A program made the translations under genes and the position numbers. From Octopus vulgaris (lineage: Eukaryota): a DNA stretch of 64,000 nt. Of this stretch, positions 36,450-48,560 are shown in pieces (the stretch's first letter is position 1; every line of letters begins with the position of its first letter). The stretch covers positions 49,848,001 through 49,912,000 of the forward strand of contig OX597818.1 of NCBI GenBank assembly GCA_951406725.2, written 5' to 3'. The notes under the pieces were generated by a model. The model was given only the letters and a program-made list of their open reading frames with translations. It searched no databases and was not told the DNA's origin.

Positions 36450-37500
36450 TCATCATCATCATCATCGTTTAACATTCGCTTTCCATGGTAGCATGGGTCG
36501 GACGATTTGACTGAGGTCTGGTGAACCAGATGGCTGCACCAGGCTCCAATCTGATCTGGCAGAGTTTTTACAGCTGGATGCCCTTCCTAACACCAACCAC
36601 TCCAGGCGGTACTGGCAACTTCTGTAAAGTTAGAAACACTTCATCATCATTTAACGTCTGTTGTCCATGCTCATGTGGGCTGGATAGTTTGACCAGGGCT
36701 GTGAAGCTGGGAGACTGCACCAGACTCAAGTCTGATTTGGCATGGTTTTTACAGCTGGATGCCCTTCCTGACACCAACCACTCTGAGACTGTAATGGGTG
36801 CTATTATGTGCCACTGGCACAAATGCCATTTGCATGACACCAGTACCTGCCGCAGCTACGATTTTCCTTGCTAGCAGGGGTTAGATGATCTGACTGTGGT
36901 CTGGCGAACCAGATGGCTACACCAGACTCCAATCTGATCTGGCAGATTTCTACAGCTGGATGCCCTTCCTAATGCCAACCACTCTGAGAGTGTAGTGGGT
37001 GCTTTTACATGCCACCGGCCATGCTCAAATGGTGCTTTTTATGTGCCACCTGCACAGGAGCCAGTCCAGCTGCACTGGCAACGACCTCGCTCAAATGTTT
37101 TTTCCTGTGCCACCAGCACAAGTGCCAGTAAGGCGATGCTGGTAACGATCATGCTTGAATGGTCCTTTTTATGTGCCACCGGCATGGAAGCCAATTAGCT
37201 GCTCTGGCAACAATCACGCTCATGTGGTACTCTAAGCGCTCCTCTAGCATGGATGCCAGTCATCGAATTTGACTTCGATTTTGATTTTACTTGCCTCAAC
37301 AGGTCTTCACAAGCAGAGTTTAGTGTTCAATGAAGGAAAGGTAAGCATAAGTGGGCTAGTTACACCCCTGGCATAGGCCACAAGGTTATGGTCTCATTTG
37401 GCTTGCTGAGTCTTCTCAAGCACAGCATATTTCCAAAGGTCCCAGTCACTAGTCATTGCCTATGTAAGGCCCAATGTTTGAAGGTCATGCTTCACCACCT
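36450..37500 (-). mobile_element. Stacked RTE-LINE 3' ends, the last reaching the ORF C-terminus
   Basis: Three successive family D segments. 37405-37500 matches the RTE ORF end seen at 48346-48560. Confidence 0.8.
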
Positions 37501-39539
37501 CACGAGTATAAACCAAGTTCCATTAGCAGCAAATTGAAAGATTAACAGGTTGAATTTCAACAAAGTTTTCTGTGAGAAGTGTAGAAGCTAACATTTAGGG
37601 TGTTGCCCTTCAGTTAAGAGTGAAGAAAAATAATGTTTGACAGAGAACAAACCTCAAAATGCTAAATTCTATGCTCCTCTGGGGACTGAGCTTATAGAAG
37701 CCGCTCATAACTTACCTTATGAAATAACTGCTGCTAACACAAAGCATCACCATTTCCTCAGTTATTGGAATTTATCTTACTTTGAAATGTGTTTGAGGCA
37801 AACATTTAACAAATATCAATAGAAACAACCAGTATATAAGTCTGTTTATTGACTTTGTAATTAATTGGAAGTAATTAATAAATTATGAAATAAACTTTTT
37901 AACCGAGATATTTGAGGAAACTCTGAGGTGGCAATTGAAAGCATACTCTCTGGGAAAAGTTTGCCTTCATATAAAAATGGGATGCTATTTGGTTGTAGAA
38001 CAGTGAAATTATAATATTGATCATAGCTGGAGAAGATTAAGTTAAGTATGATTTGATAGGCATCTGTGCAGGTGGCATGTAAAAAAACACCATTTGAGTG
38101 TGGCTGTTGTCAGTACCACCTGACTGGCACGTTAAAGCACCCACTACACTCTCAGGGAGGGCATCCAGCTGTTGAAACTCTACCAGATCAAGATTGGGGG
38201 CTGGTGCAGCCATCTGGTTCGCCAGTCCTCAGTCAAATCGTCCTACTCATGCTAGCATGGAAAGTGGACATTAAACGATGATGATGATAATTTGTCTCAA
38301 GAGGAGAAAATGGTACACCCCATGGAAACCTGTTTCCAACATTACGTAGCAAGCCCTCTGATGGACACCTCAGTGAGACACAAACATGACAGAATAAAAA
38401 CAACCACAGAAACTGAAGCATTGGCAGGTGGTTATACCTTGAGACAAATGCAGTCTCTTGTCAAAGAAAGAGACAGGTGGAAATTTCTTGTTGGTACCAT
38501 ATACTCCTCATGACGTTAAAAGAGAAAGAAAGAGAGATTAAAGAGCTGAAAAAGTGAATAATTAGTTTGGTGAATGCAAAGCATAATATAATTTGAATGG
38601 TAGCTGCAAGGTTGCAGTCGTTTATTTCCAGTAAACACTGACTGAACATAACTATGACCTGAAGCATTGACCAACCCCTCTTTTATTTAAACATAGTGTA
38701 CCTAACATCAGATTATCCAATATATCCTTCTTGTAAGAAGGAAGGATGTAATTTTGGGGTTGGTGGTGAGATTTAGGGACAAGTAGGTTGAATGACCAAA
38801 CAGAAGCCCCTTCACTAGTTCCCTGTGTAAAGCACCATCCATCCGTGGCCGTTTGCCATCCCCGTCTGGCACCTGTGCCGGAAGCATGTAAAAAGCACCC
38901 ACTACACTCACGGAGTGGTTGGCGTTAGGAAGGGCATCCAGCCGTAGAAACACTGCCAGATCAGACTGGGCCTGGTGCAGCCTTCTGGTTTCCCAGACCC
39001 CAGTTGAACTGTCCAACCCATGCTAGCATGGAAAGCGGACGCTAAATGATGATGATGATGATAATAAAAATCATCTAGAGAAAATGGGTGTCAGAAACAA
39101 GGCTAAAAACTATCTTTTCAGTTGTGACAATAGACAGATTTATGAAAAGTCATAAAGATGTCGATAATAGCTTGTTTATTCAGTGGTCGACCCAACACTT
39201 AGTATTGATTCCATCAGTCAATGCTTTGTAGCTACTCTCAAAGAAACTTCAAAATAATAACTCTCTTTTTCTCTCACTCACTTCGTAGCTTTTTTTTATA
39301 TTGTAAGATTTATGATGTTTCCTGTGGTTAAACTAATTTTTTTTTTTAATCACCGTTCCGAAATATATTTTTTTAAACTTTCTTTGTGAACAATTAAAAG
39401 AATTCTATTATGAGGAAGCTGGTTTTCACGCTCCAGATGACACACTAATGACGTGTACGCATGTTTTTTTTTGTTTTTTTTTTGTATGTATAAACAAACT
39501 TTGTAGTTTAACGTAATCTCCAGCGCAGACAACTATTAC

Positions 39540-39782
39540 ATTCATTGACGACTTTCACAATGGCCATTCCTATTTCTCCTATCGTACGATAACAACGTAC
39601 CACATCACACCTTCGACGTATTAACGAAAGTACATTTCCTGGACCCGGAAACGCCAATTCAGCTGTTCAAGGGAGGTAATCATGAGAGAGTTTCCCCCTC
39701 AACCCTTTGCGTCTCATCTTGCGTAACAGAGACAGAAGGAGATTTGACCCTTCAACCAAACACTATGTTTATGAACGGAAAG
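39540..39782 (+). promoter_or_regulatory. Candidate promoter and non-coding first exon of the DHTY zinc-finger gene
   Basis: CpG-enriched unique DNA with ATGGCC, opposed ETS-like sites (TTTCCTG, CCGGAAA) and AAGGGAGGTAATC. Ends in a consensus donor AAG|GTAAGC. The acceptor TTTTTCAG ends at 45852. Confidence 0.45.
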
Positions 39783-42700
39783 GTAAGCTGTCTTGTTTTT
39801 GTCGCATATCTACGTACATATACTTGGTTGTTGTATGCCTAGCTGTCCCTTTCTGCAGCCACAAATCCCTCAAACAATCCTATTCCTAATCTGGGATGTT
39901 ATTTTCTTTGTACTGATGCTTTCTCTCTACAAAACAGTTTTTATTTAGTAATTAACTAAAATGGCTCAATGGATCTTAATTGGATTTCGTTTTCACAATC
40001 CAGATCTCAGTTAACTATATCCTGTTCTTGTTTTTTTTTGCTTAGGTTATCACATAAATTTGACTGGCTAAATTTATACAATTCTATTAACGAAATCTTA
40101 GATGAGTTAGCATTTTTATATTCATTTTAACCCCTGGGACACCGAGTTCTGTTTGTTGTTGTCGCAAAGAAATTGAAAACAAAAATTCAATAGATTTATT
40201 TCAATATTTAATTAAGATCGCCTAATTTCTTTCAAAGAAAAAAAGTTTGAAACTAAAATATAAAATCTTAATTATTTATTTTGTAATATTTCAAAATTAA
40301 TTTAATTAATTTATGAGTTACTTTTCTCAACGAAGTTCAGGTATGTAAAACCACACATTACCCTGTTTAGTACAAAGTCCTTGAATTTTCAACAGGCTTC
40401 GACAGCAGGGCAGATTTCTTCAAAGATAAACCTGCCTTTCTGTGGGATATATATCCTAACAGTGACCATCATCTAGCTAAACCGGACTTACACGTGGCCG
40501 CCACTATTTGTGGCTTCGCATTTTTCGACAAGGTTTCCCCTCCCCTCCAACACGTCATTTTCAAGCTAATCAGTTTCTAAGTTGTTAAGCAAAAAAATAA
40601 CTTGTAACAATTTAGTTTTTAAAGGAACTAATAACGATATATCCACTTCAATTATTTATCTAATATCTTGTGTTATATCTCTTTATACATCATATACCTA
40701 TATTTGGTTACCCTATATTTGTCGAATTATATTTTGTATTCTTTCGGTTTGGTGTCATTCAAAATGTATTATTTTATTTATCGATTAACTTAGTTTATCA
40801 GATTTAAGTGGGGTTTGGGACATTTTATTTCTAAATCTTCGTAACAATTAAGTATGTTTCTTCGTTTTGTTTACTCATGAAGACAACCTCCTAAATATGT
40901 AAAAAGAAAAAGGGTTTGATTTCCCAAATATTTATTCGGTACGTACATTAGAGAGAGGCTGAATTCTCTATATTGTCTATTTCAGTACCTTATAAGTATT
41001 GTTCCTCTGAACTAGTTCGTTGCATACCCCTCCATCTAAGTTCACCCAATACCCCTTATTTTATTTCGCGTCACCTATCCTACGTATTGTTCTTCAGGTC
41101 CCACATTAACCATTATACCTGGGCCTTCACCGCACACCCAGAACGTTTCCCCTGCAGACGTTAACTTGCAGAAATATTCAACTGAACCTTAATCGTACCA
41201 ATGTCATCAGTCATTAAGGGTTTCACAAAGGTCACGAGCTCTACTCTTTCCTCTTATTTAGTATATATCGGGGTTCGATTTGCTTGTTTGCTGATGAAAA
41301 AAGTGCTTTCATGAATTGAACCAATTATCTCTCTTTATATCATCAAATGGCTTTGTACTCCACGCCCAAAGGAATTATTTTGACCAGGCTCCCGTGGCTT
41401 TTATGGGTTTTCCCCCGAGTAACCTTTCGAAGCACCTTCCCCTATTGGGAATTTCAATTGTTATATTTTCGTTGTTATCTCTGGAATTTTTACACCGTTT
41501 TTTGCAAACGGACAAAACCCTTTCTAACTTTCGTCCTGCGTTTTGCCCCTTTATGTTTTAATTAATTTTTGTCAGCCCTTGTGGCCAATAAACGAATTAA
41601 TTATTATTATTTAGTTCTAAGTACAAATGCAGCAGAGGTCGACTTTGCATTTTGGGGTCGATAAAATAAATACCAGTTGAACACGGATGTCCATGTAATC
41701 GACATTCCCCCACCCCTGAAATTGCTGGGTTTGTGTCAAAATTTGAAACCTGAGTTCAAATTCCGCCAAGATCGACTTTGCCTTTCATCCTTTCGAGGCC
41801 GATAAATGAAGTGCTAGTGAAACACTGGGGTTGATGTAATCGATTAGTTCTCCATCACAAAACAATTTCTGGCCATGAGCCTATAGTAAAAAGGATTTTG
41901 GGGCTAGCTGGTAGAATTGTTAGCATGCCAGGCAAAATGCTTAGCGGCATTTTGTCCATCTTTACATTCTGAGTTCAAATTCTGCCGAGGTCAACTTTGC
42001 TTTTCATCCTTACGGTACCAGTTATGCACTGAGGTCGATATAATCGACTAGACCCCGTCCCTCAAAATTTCAAGCCTTGTGCCTAAAGTAGAAAGGATTA
42101 TTATTACTATTGTAAACTTTGTGCCTATAATAGAGACTTTTATTATTTCATATGACAGCCATGGGTTGGCAGAATTATTAGAGCTTTAGACAAAATACCT
42201 TGTATTTCTCCTGGCTGTTTATGTTTTAAGTTCAAATCTGCTGGGGTCAACTTTACCTTTCATCCTTTCAGTGTCAATAAAATAAAATACCAGTAATTGA
42301 AAGAAATACAAAGCTCCTCAAAATAAATAGAGTAATGAAAGGGTTAAAGGGTACAAGCACCCCTCTGTTTCCACAAAAGAATTAACGGAAGATTCATGTC
42401 TTTTGGAAAATGATGTACATTTAGTTATTTACCCTTATAACATCTACTGTATTAAGTCAGCTGACTTTTGATTAAAAGTATTCAAGCCTGATCATCCCAT
42501 CTTCACCCACCCACCAGATGCAGTGTCTAAGCTTACATTATCCAATACATTTCTCCCTATTTTAAGACAGTAAGATGTCTATTTCAGGAAGCCAAATGAC
42601 TGTATGGAGCAGAGATTCTAAACATGAGCAGTACCACCCTCAAGGGGACTCTGGGCATGCTGAAGGGGGTTTTAGGCTTTAGGGGCCAATGAGATAACTT

Positions 42701-44409
42701 GATTACCATACTAAATTTTACCTTTAGTAGTTATTATATTATACATAATAAAACAATGGTTATTAAAAATGAAATGAGATCTCATCAGGCACAGGGAAGT
42801 CATTAACTTGTAATATTTTTCTGTGCTGGTGGCACGTAAAAAGCACCATCTGAACGTGGCCAATGCCACCGCCGCCTTGACTGGCTTCCGTGCCGGTGGC
42901 ACTTAAAAAGCACCAATCCGATCGCGGCCGTTGCTAGCCTCGCCTGGCACCTGTGCCAGTGGCACATAAAAAGCACCCACTACACTCACGGAGTGGTTGG
43001 CGTTAGGAAGGGCATCCAGCTGTAGAAACACTGCCAGATCAGACTGGAGCCTGGTGCAGCCTTCTGGCTTCCCAGATCCCTGTTCGAACCATCCAACCCA
43101 TGCTAGCATGGAGAACGGATGTTAAACGATGATGATGATGATATAAAGTAAATTTATAACTTTTGTCTTCTTTATCAAATGCACTGTTAAAAACATATAC
43201 AATCCATTTTTAGAGTAAAATTTATAAACTATCATCCATGTTTTAAGTTAGTTTAGTTGTGATACCTCATTTGTCATTTAGGTGGGTGCTAGGCATAACA
43301 ATTACTTAAAAGGGAAGTGGGGGGGGACTACAAAGAACCTCTGACATATAGATTCCCACATTGGATCCTAAATAATAATGAACTTCCAAAGGAGAAACAC
43401 TTTCTAACAATCAAGCATTACCTCAAGAAAAACGTCATGTTACGCATTTTCAAAATTAGTGTCTATGTGTCAGAACTTTCAACAGTGCACCTTGCTATCC
43501 CAGATGTCAGAAAATCCCCCACGAGATGGAATTTTTAGTTTCTGAGAGCCCATGAAGGTCATGGAAATAGCTCCTCTTTTACCTGTTTCAGTCAATTGAC
43601 TGCGGCCATGCTGGAGCGCCACCTTTAGTCAAGTAAATCGACCCCCAGGACTTATTCTTTGTAAGCCTAGTACTTATTCTATTGGGCTCTTTTGCCGAAT
43701 CGTTAGGTTACGCGGATGTAAACACACCAGCATCGGTTGTCAAGCGATGGGGGGGGGGGGGGGCAAACACAAACACACATCCATATATACATATATACGA
43801 GTGGCTTCTTTCAGTTTCTGTCTACCAAATCCACTCACAAGGCTTTGGTCGGCCCGAGGCTATGGTAGAAGACACTTGCCCAAGGTGCCCCACAGTGGGA
43901 CTGAACCACTTTTTCTTTTTTTTACTTTTAACTTACACTTTTTTTTTTTTAGGAAAAAAAAAAATCAACATAAGAAATAAATGTTAATAATTTAGGTACA
44001 GAGCCAGCAACTTTGGGGAAAGGATTAATTCATGACGTAGACAGATGATTTATTTTTACCCAGGTTCAAACAAGCTTATAAGTAGGTCTGGATGTTCTCG
44101 GTATGCTTGTCAGAGAAAGTAATGGGGTCATGAAATGGAGAGAGTGAATCTCCCTGAGGCACACCCCGCTTCATATTTTCACCCGAAAAGTATAGTTTAC
44201 TCGGGTGGAACCTGAATGCATTTGTAAAACTACATAACTAAATCCCACATGAAATTTTGTGATACTGTACCCTGATTTTGCTAAACCACCCCACTTAGAT
44301 CAGTGACCCTACATCTAATGGCTATCATTTAGGAACTCAAAGAGATGATGTATTTTAAAATTCACATCTCTGTTTCCATTTTTTTTCTCTTATAAAATAA
44401 ATTAAATGA

Positions 44410-44585
44410 ATGGTTGTATACTGTCAACTTAACGTGATGGTCCTGTAAGGGAATTACACCACTGCTGTTTAGCCCTAGGAAGCATCTCCCTTACAGGACC
44501 GTCACGTTAAGTTGACAGTATACAATCACTCTATCGCTCCACCACCGTACATATCTCTATGAGATATTTAGAAATTTAATATTTC
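44410..44585. mobile_element. Fold-back remnant of a Penelope-like LTR (family of 52738-53205)
   Basis: TTGTATACTGTCAACTTAACGTGATGGTCCTGTAAGGGA is inverted about 35 bp later, and the sequence is shared with 52738-53205. Confidence 0.6.
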
Positions 44586-44699
44586 CAAATTAAATGAAAT
44601 ATGAGAGATAAATATTATTTCTTTCAGCATTAGGCTGTCACCTGTTGTACAAGGGTTATTATTATTTTTTCATTTTTGCTTTATTTTATACTAGCTTGA

Positions 44700-44920
44700 C
44701 CCTTTAGTGTTCAGATTATTCTGTCAAACGTGATGTTTGTTTATTTATATTGTTTTGAATTCATCATGTATTATCTTGTAGTTTAGAGATTTCAGTGATG
44801 TGATTATTTTAGTTTTAGAATGACATGGTAGGGCTGAGGTGAGAGGCGAGATCTGGTCAGTTTCAATATAAAACAGGTTAAATATTTTGGCCGGATATGG
44901 CCAGTTTGAATGCTAAAGGG
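44700..44920. mobile_element. piggyBac-like MITE
   Basis: TTGA|CCCTTTAG...CTAAAGGG|TTAA: CCC/GGG termini and a TTAA-type target. Confidence 0.75.
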
Positions 44921-45457
44921 TTAAAAGCTGCCCTCCATGCAGACTTTTAATCTAGCTCCTGTGGAGGGCTAATTGGGCCTGCAGCCCAAAACTAAAGAGA
45001 GCTAAATGGTGTTTCATCAGAAATTAAGGACAGATGAGAATTAATTCTGTGATGCAATCATTATATTCCCAAGTTGTATTCCAATTGTTCGCCATTTTGG
45101 GATCTTTACCTTTTGACCGACAGATTTAAAAAATAATTTTTTTGTAACTAAACACTTTCAAACTTCGTATACTTGTAGAATGTGTCACATAAAACTTCTT
45201 TTACTCTTGGCATTGTTGAGAAAATTCTGTATTTTGGAAGTTATTTCTTGTTAAAGTTGTCGTATTTCGGAAATATTCACATTTCAACTCACTTTCAGTT
45301 TTAATTGCATCACCCCTGCCATCATCATCAGCAACAACAAAACTAGACTCAATATGAATGAATATACGTGTAAATACACATCTACACATATTTACAATTT
45401 GTAGCCCACTTTTGGAATAGGTACACTGTATATCTGTGTGTTGTAAGAGGCCATTAA

Positions 45458-45676
45458 CCCTTTAGTATTTAAACCGGCCATATCCGGCTAAAATATTTAA
45501 TCTGTTTTCTGTTCAAACTGACCAGATCCAGGCTCTCACACCTACCCTACAATGTTATTCTACGTTAAGTAATTACACCATCAAGATCTTGAAGATATGA
45601 GATAATGCATGATTAATTCAAATCAATGGAAATCAATAAGCATTATGTTTGATTGAATAATCTGAACACTAAAGGG
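45458..45676. mobile_element. piggyBac-like MITE, inverted relative to 44700-44920
   Basis: TTAA|CCCTTTAG...CTAAAGGG|TTAA. The internal sequence is the reverse complement of the 44700 copy. Confidence 0.8.
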
Positions 45677-46012
45677 TTAAATGAGAACTATGCTGAAAAT
45701 AATTAGGCTATCATGGGGCCTGCAAAGCAAGCCTTTACTTTTACTGTTATTGATGTTATTGTTGTTCTTGTTATTGGTGGTGGGGTGTGTGTGTGTATGT
45801 AAAAATGTACCAATATATTTCAATTTCCATTTTTTTTCTTTATATTTTTCAGCCTCAAGCCATTTAATTTAGAATTCTCAAGAATGTGTCTCTGACTGAA
45901 GATATGTATAACGAAGAAAGAAATATTTTTCTAATTAACCTTGCGCTTAAAAAATGAAAGTAACAAAGACTCATTGAATATAAAATGTTTTAAACAAGCT
46001 TTAACCCACATA

Positions 46013-47569
46013 ATGAATTGTGAAGGAAAATCTACTGGTGTAACGAACTCTAAGAAACCTTTACCTAAAAGCAATATCGGAAGACCTATAATGTTTGATT
46101 ACCACAAAAAAAATTTCCCCTTTCAGAGCCATTTAAATAAATATTTTAAAAACCATAACACAGAAAATTCTGGTAAAAAATGTTTTTTGAAGCCATTTTT
46201 TTATTCCAAAGGTCTTTCAAAGAATTTAAAGATACATTTCTTATATGAATGCACTTTCTGTCAAAAACTTTTTGCACATAATAGCAACCTAAGCAGACAC
46301 ATGAGGGTACATTCTGATGAGAAATTGTTCCAATGTAACCTTTGTGAAAAGTCTTTTACATCATCAAGTAACTTAGGTACGCATTTAGGAAATCATTCAG
46401 GAAGCCACATGACGAAGAATCCTTTTAAATGTGGATATTGTAAAAAAATATTTACCAAATCAAATGAACTTATCAAACATATTGAACTGCACACAAAACA
46501 AAATTCTGATCAACAAAAGTCAAGCTGTTCGTTGAAAGCTGTTCCTTCGAGTGAAGGTGGAAGAAGCTGCTCAGGTACAAAACATATTGATGAACAGTCA
46601 GCATCGCCCAAAGGTAACTGTAGTTTTGATCAACAGTATAAACCCGATCATACTTATTGTTTCAATGCCAGCCAGGAGTTGAATGATGGGAACGAAACGA
46701 ACCTACTTGCATTTGGCAACAAAAGTAAGTGCCATTCGAATAGCATTGAGAAAAATCAGTTACAACCTGATCATACATATTGGTCACATGCTAAAAAATC
46801 TCGCCTTTGTAAAAGGAAAGTAAAATCTTCACATTCCAGTCAAGAACCGTCGGTGAATCAATCTGATTCTAACAAGCCCAATATCGAGTCTGATCACACG
46901 TACAGCTCAGGTTGTAGCACTAACATGCTTGGTGATAAGTTACCATTAGAACCTTCAGCTTGTAACAGTGAACTTGTGCCTGAGAAAAATGCAAGAAAAT
47001 TGAAACCTGACCATACGTACAGTATTGGAGTTCATTGTAGCGAAAAAAAGACAAACGCTCAAGAGGATTCGTCTTTGCAGCTTGTACACCATTCTTCTCA
47101 TACAGATAACTGCAGTAATTCTGGGAGACCCATACCTCTGAATACTCAGCATAACCAAAACTCTCAACCAGTGAGTACACCTCTGAAAAAGTCAAGTAAA
47201 AACAATTGCCTTGATCAACCAGTTGAAACCACAGTACATTGTTCAAATATTTCTAAACCCGACCACACATATTCTCATAAAAAAGGCATAATTTCTAATA
47301 TGAATAATTTGAAAACATTTGGTAATAGGTCAGTTAAAACAGACTGGGAGAAACTAAGCTTTACACTTCAAGCTGCAAAAGAAAATCAGCCTTCCTTTGA
47401 TCATACATATTGTTTTGATGCTAAGCTCCAAAAAGAACCCGATGGAAAAGGTACAGATCATACATACTGCCTAGAAGAAGATGATTTTATTTGCTCACAC
47501 AATTGGAATGCAAACATGATGTCTGATCACACGTATTGTTTGATGAATGCCGTTACACGACACTTTTGA
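46013..47569 (+). CDS. C2H2 zinc-finger protein with eight DHTY (HCF-1-binding) motifs, 518 aa from the first in-frame ATG
   Basis: Three canonical fingers (CTFC..HMRVH, CNLC..HLGNH, CGYC..HIELH), then a Ser/Asn/Lys-rich tail with DHTY at 46646, 46769, 46892, 47009, 47261, 47399, 47456 and 47525. AATAAA at 47711. Confidence 0.88.
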   Translation: MNCEGKSTGVTNSKKPLPKSNIGRPIMFDYHKKNFPFQSHLNKYFKNHNTENSGKKCFLKPFFYSKGLSKNLKIHFLYECTFCQKLFAHNSNLSRHMRVHSDEKLFQCNLCEKSFTSSSNLGTHLGNHSGSHMTKNPFKCGYCKKIFTKSNELIKHIELHTKQNSDQQKSSCSLKAVPSSEGGRSCSGTKHIDEQSASPKGNCSFDQQYKPDHTYCFNASQELNDGNETNLLAFGNKSKCHSNSIEKNQLQPDHTYWSHAKKSRLCKRKVKSSHSSQEPSVNQSDSNKPNIESDHTYSSGCSTNMLGDKLPLEPSACNSELVPEKNARKLKPDHTYSIGVHCSEKKTNAQEDSSLQLVHHSSHTDNCSNSGRPIPLNTQHNQNSQPVSTPLKKSSKNNCLDQPVETTVHCSNISKPDHTYSHKKGIISNMNNLKTFGNRSVKTDWEKLSFTLQAAKENQPSFDHTYCFDAKLQKEPDGKGTDHTYCLEEDDFICSHNWNANMMSDHTYCLMNAVTRHF

Positions 47570-47884
47570 ATGTAGAACCCATTCCAGGATTACCCTTGTA
47601 GACATATATAAAAAATGTTAAGGATATATTTTATTGTTTGACATGAACTTGAAGTATATTTGCTCTTTTAAGGATCAAATTTTGCTACGCAAAAAAAAAA
47701 AAATATTGAAAATAAAATCTGGAATTTTTCAAGTATATTTCAATTTTGTTTCTTATTTCTGTTTCAGCAATTTTTTTTTTTATTTTTAAAATCTTTGTTT
47801 GATGAATAATTAATTTTATTTATATTATAAACTCCTTTTATTGTTACGTTCTTAAAATTACCTTATTGTAAATCTTTATCGTCA

Positions 47885-48560
47885 ATCATCATCTTCATCA
47901 TCAGCATCGTTTAACGTCCGCTTTCCATGCTAGCATGGGTTGGATGGTTCGACTAGTGTCTGGGAAGCCAGGAGGCTGCACCAGGCCCAGTCTGATCTGG
48001 CAATGTTTCTACAGCTGGATGCCCTTCCTAACGCCAACCACTCCGTGAGTGTAGTGGGTGCTTTTTACGTGCCAGGCGGGGCTGGCAATGGCCACAATCG
48101 GCTGGTGCTTTTTACGTGCCACTGGCATGGAGGCCAGTTGAGGCGGCGCTGGCAATAGCCACGTTCGAATGGTTCTTTTACGTGCCACCGGCACTGGTAT
48201 CACAACTACAATTTCCATTGATTTTGATCGATTTCGATTTCACTTGCCTCAACAGGTCTTTGCAAGCTGAGTTTTGTGTCCCAAGAAGGAAAGGTATGCA
48301 TTAGTGGACTGGCTACATCCCAGGTAAAGGCCACATGTTATGTTCTCACTTGTCCTGCCAGGTCTTCTCACGCACAGCATATTTCCAAAGGTCTCGGTCA
48401 CTAGTCATTGCCTCGGTGAGACCTAAAGTTCGAAGGTCGTGCTTCATCACCTCGTCCCAGGTTTTCCTGGGTCTACCTCTTCCATAGGTTCCTGCAACTG
48501 CTAGGGTGTGGCACTTTTTCACACAACTCTTTTCATCCATTCTCACCACATGACCATTGT
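47885..48560 (-). mobile_element. RTE-clade LINE 3' end (ORF C-terminus plus complete 3' UTR)
   Basis: GHVVRMDEKSCVKKC..GRGRPRKTWDEVMKHDL..DRDLW is a typical RTE C-terminus. It is contiguous with family D and the (GAT)n tail, which identifies family D as this LINE's UTR. Confidence 0.88.
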
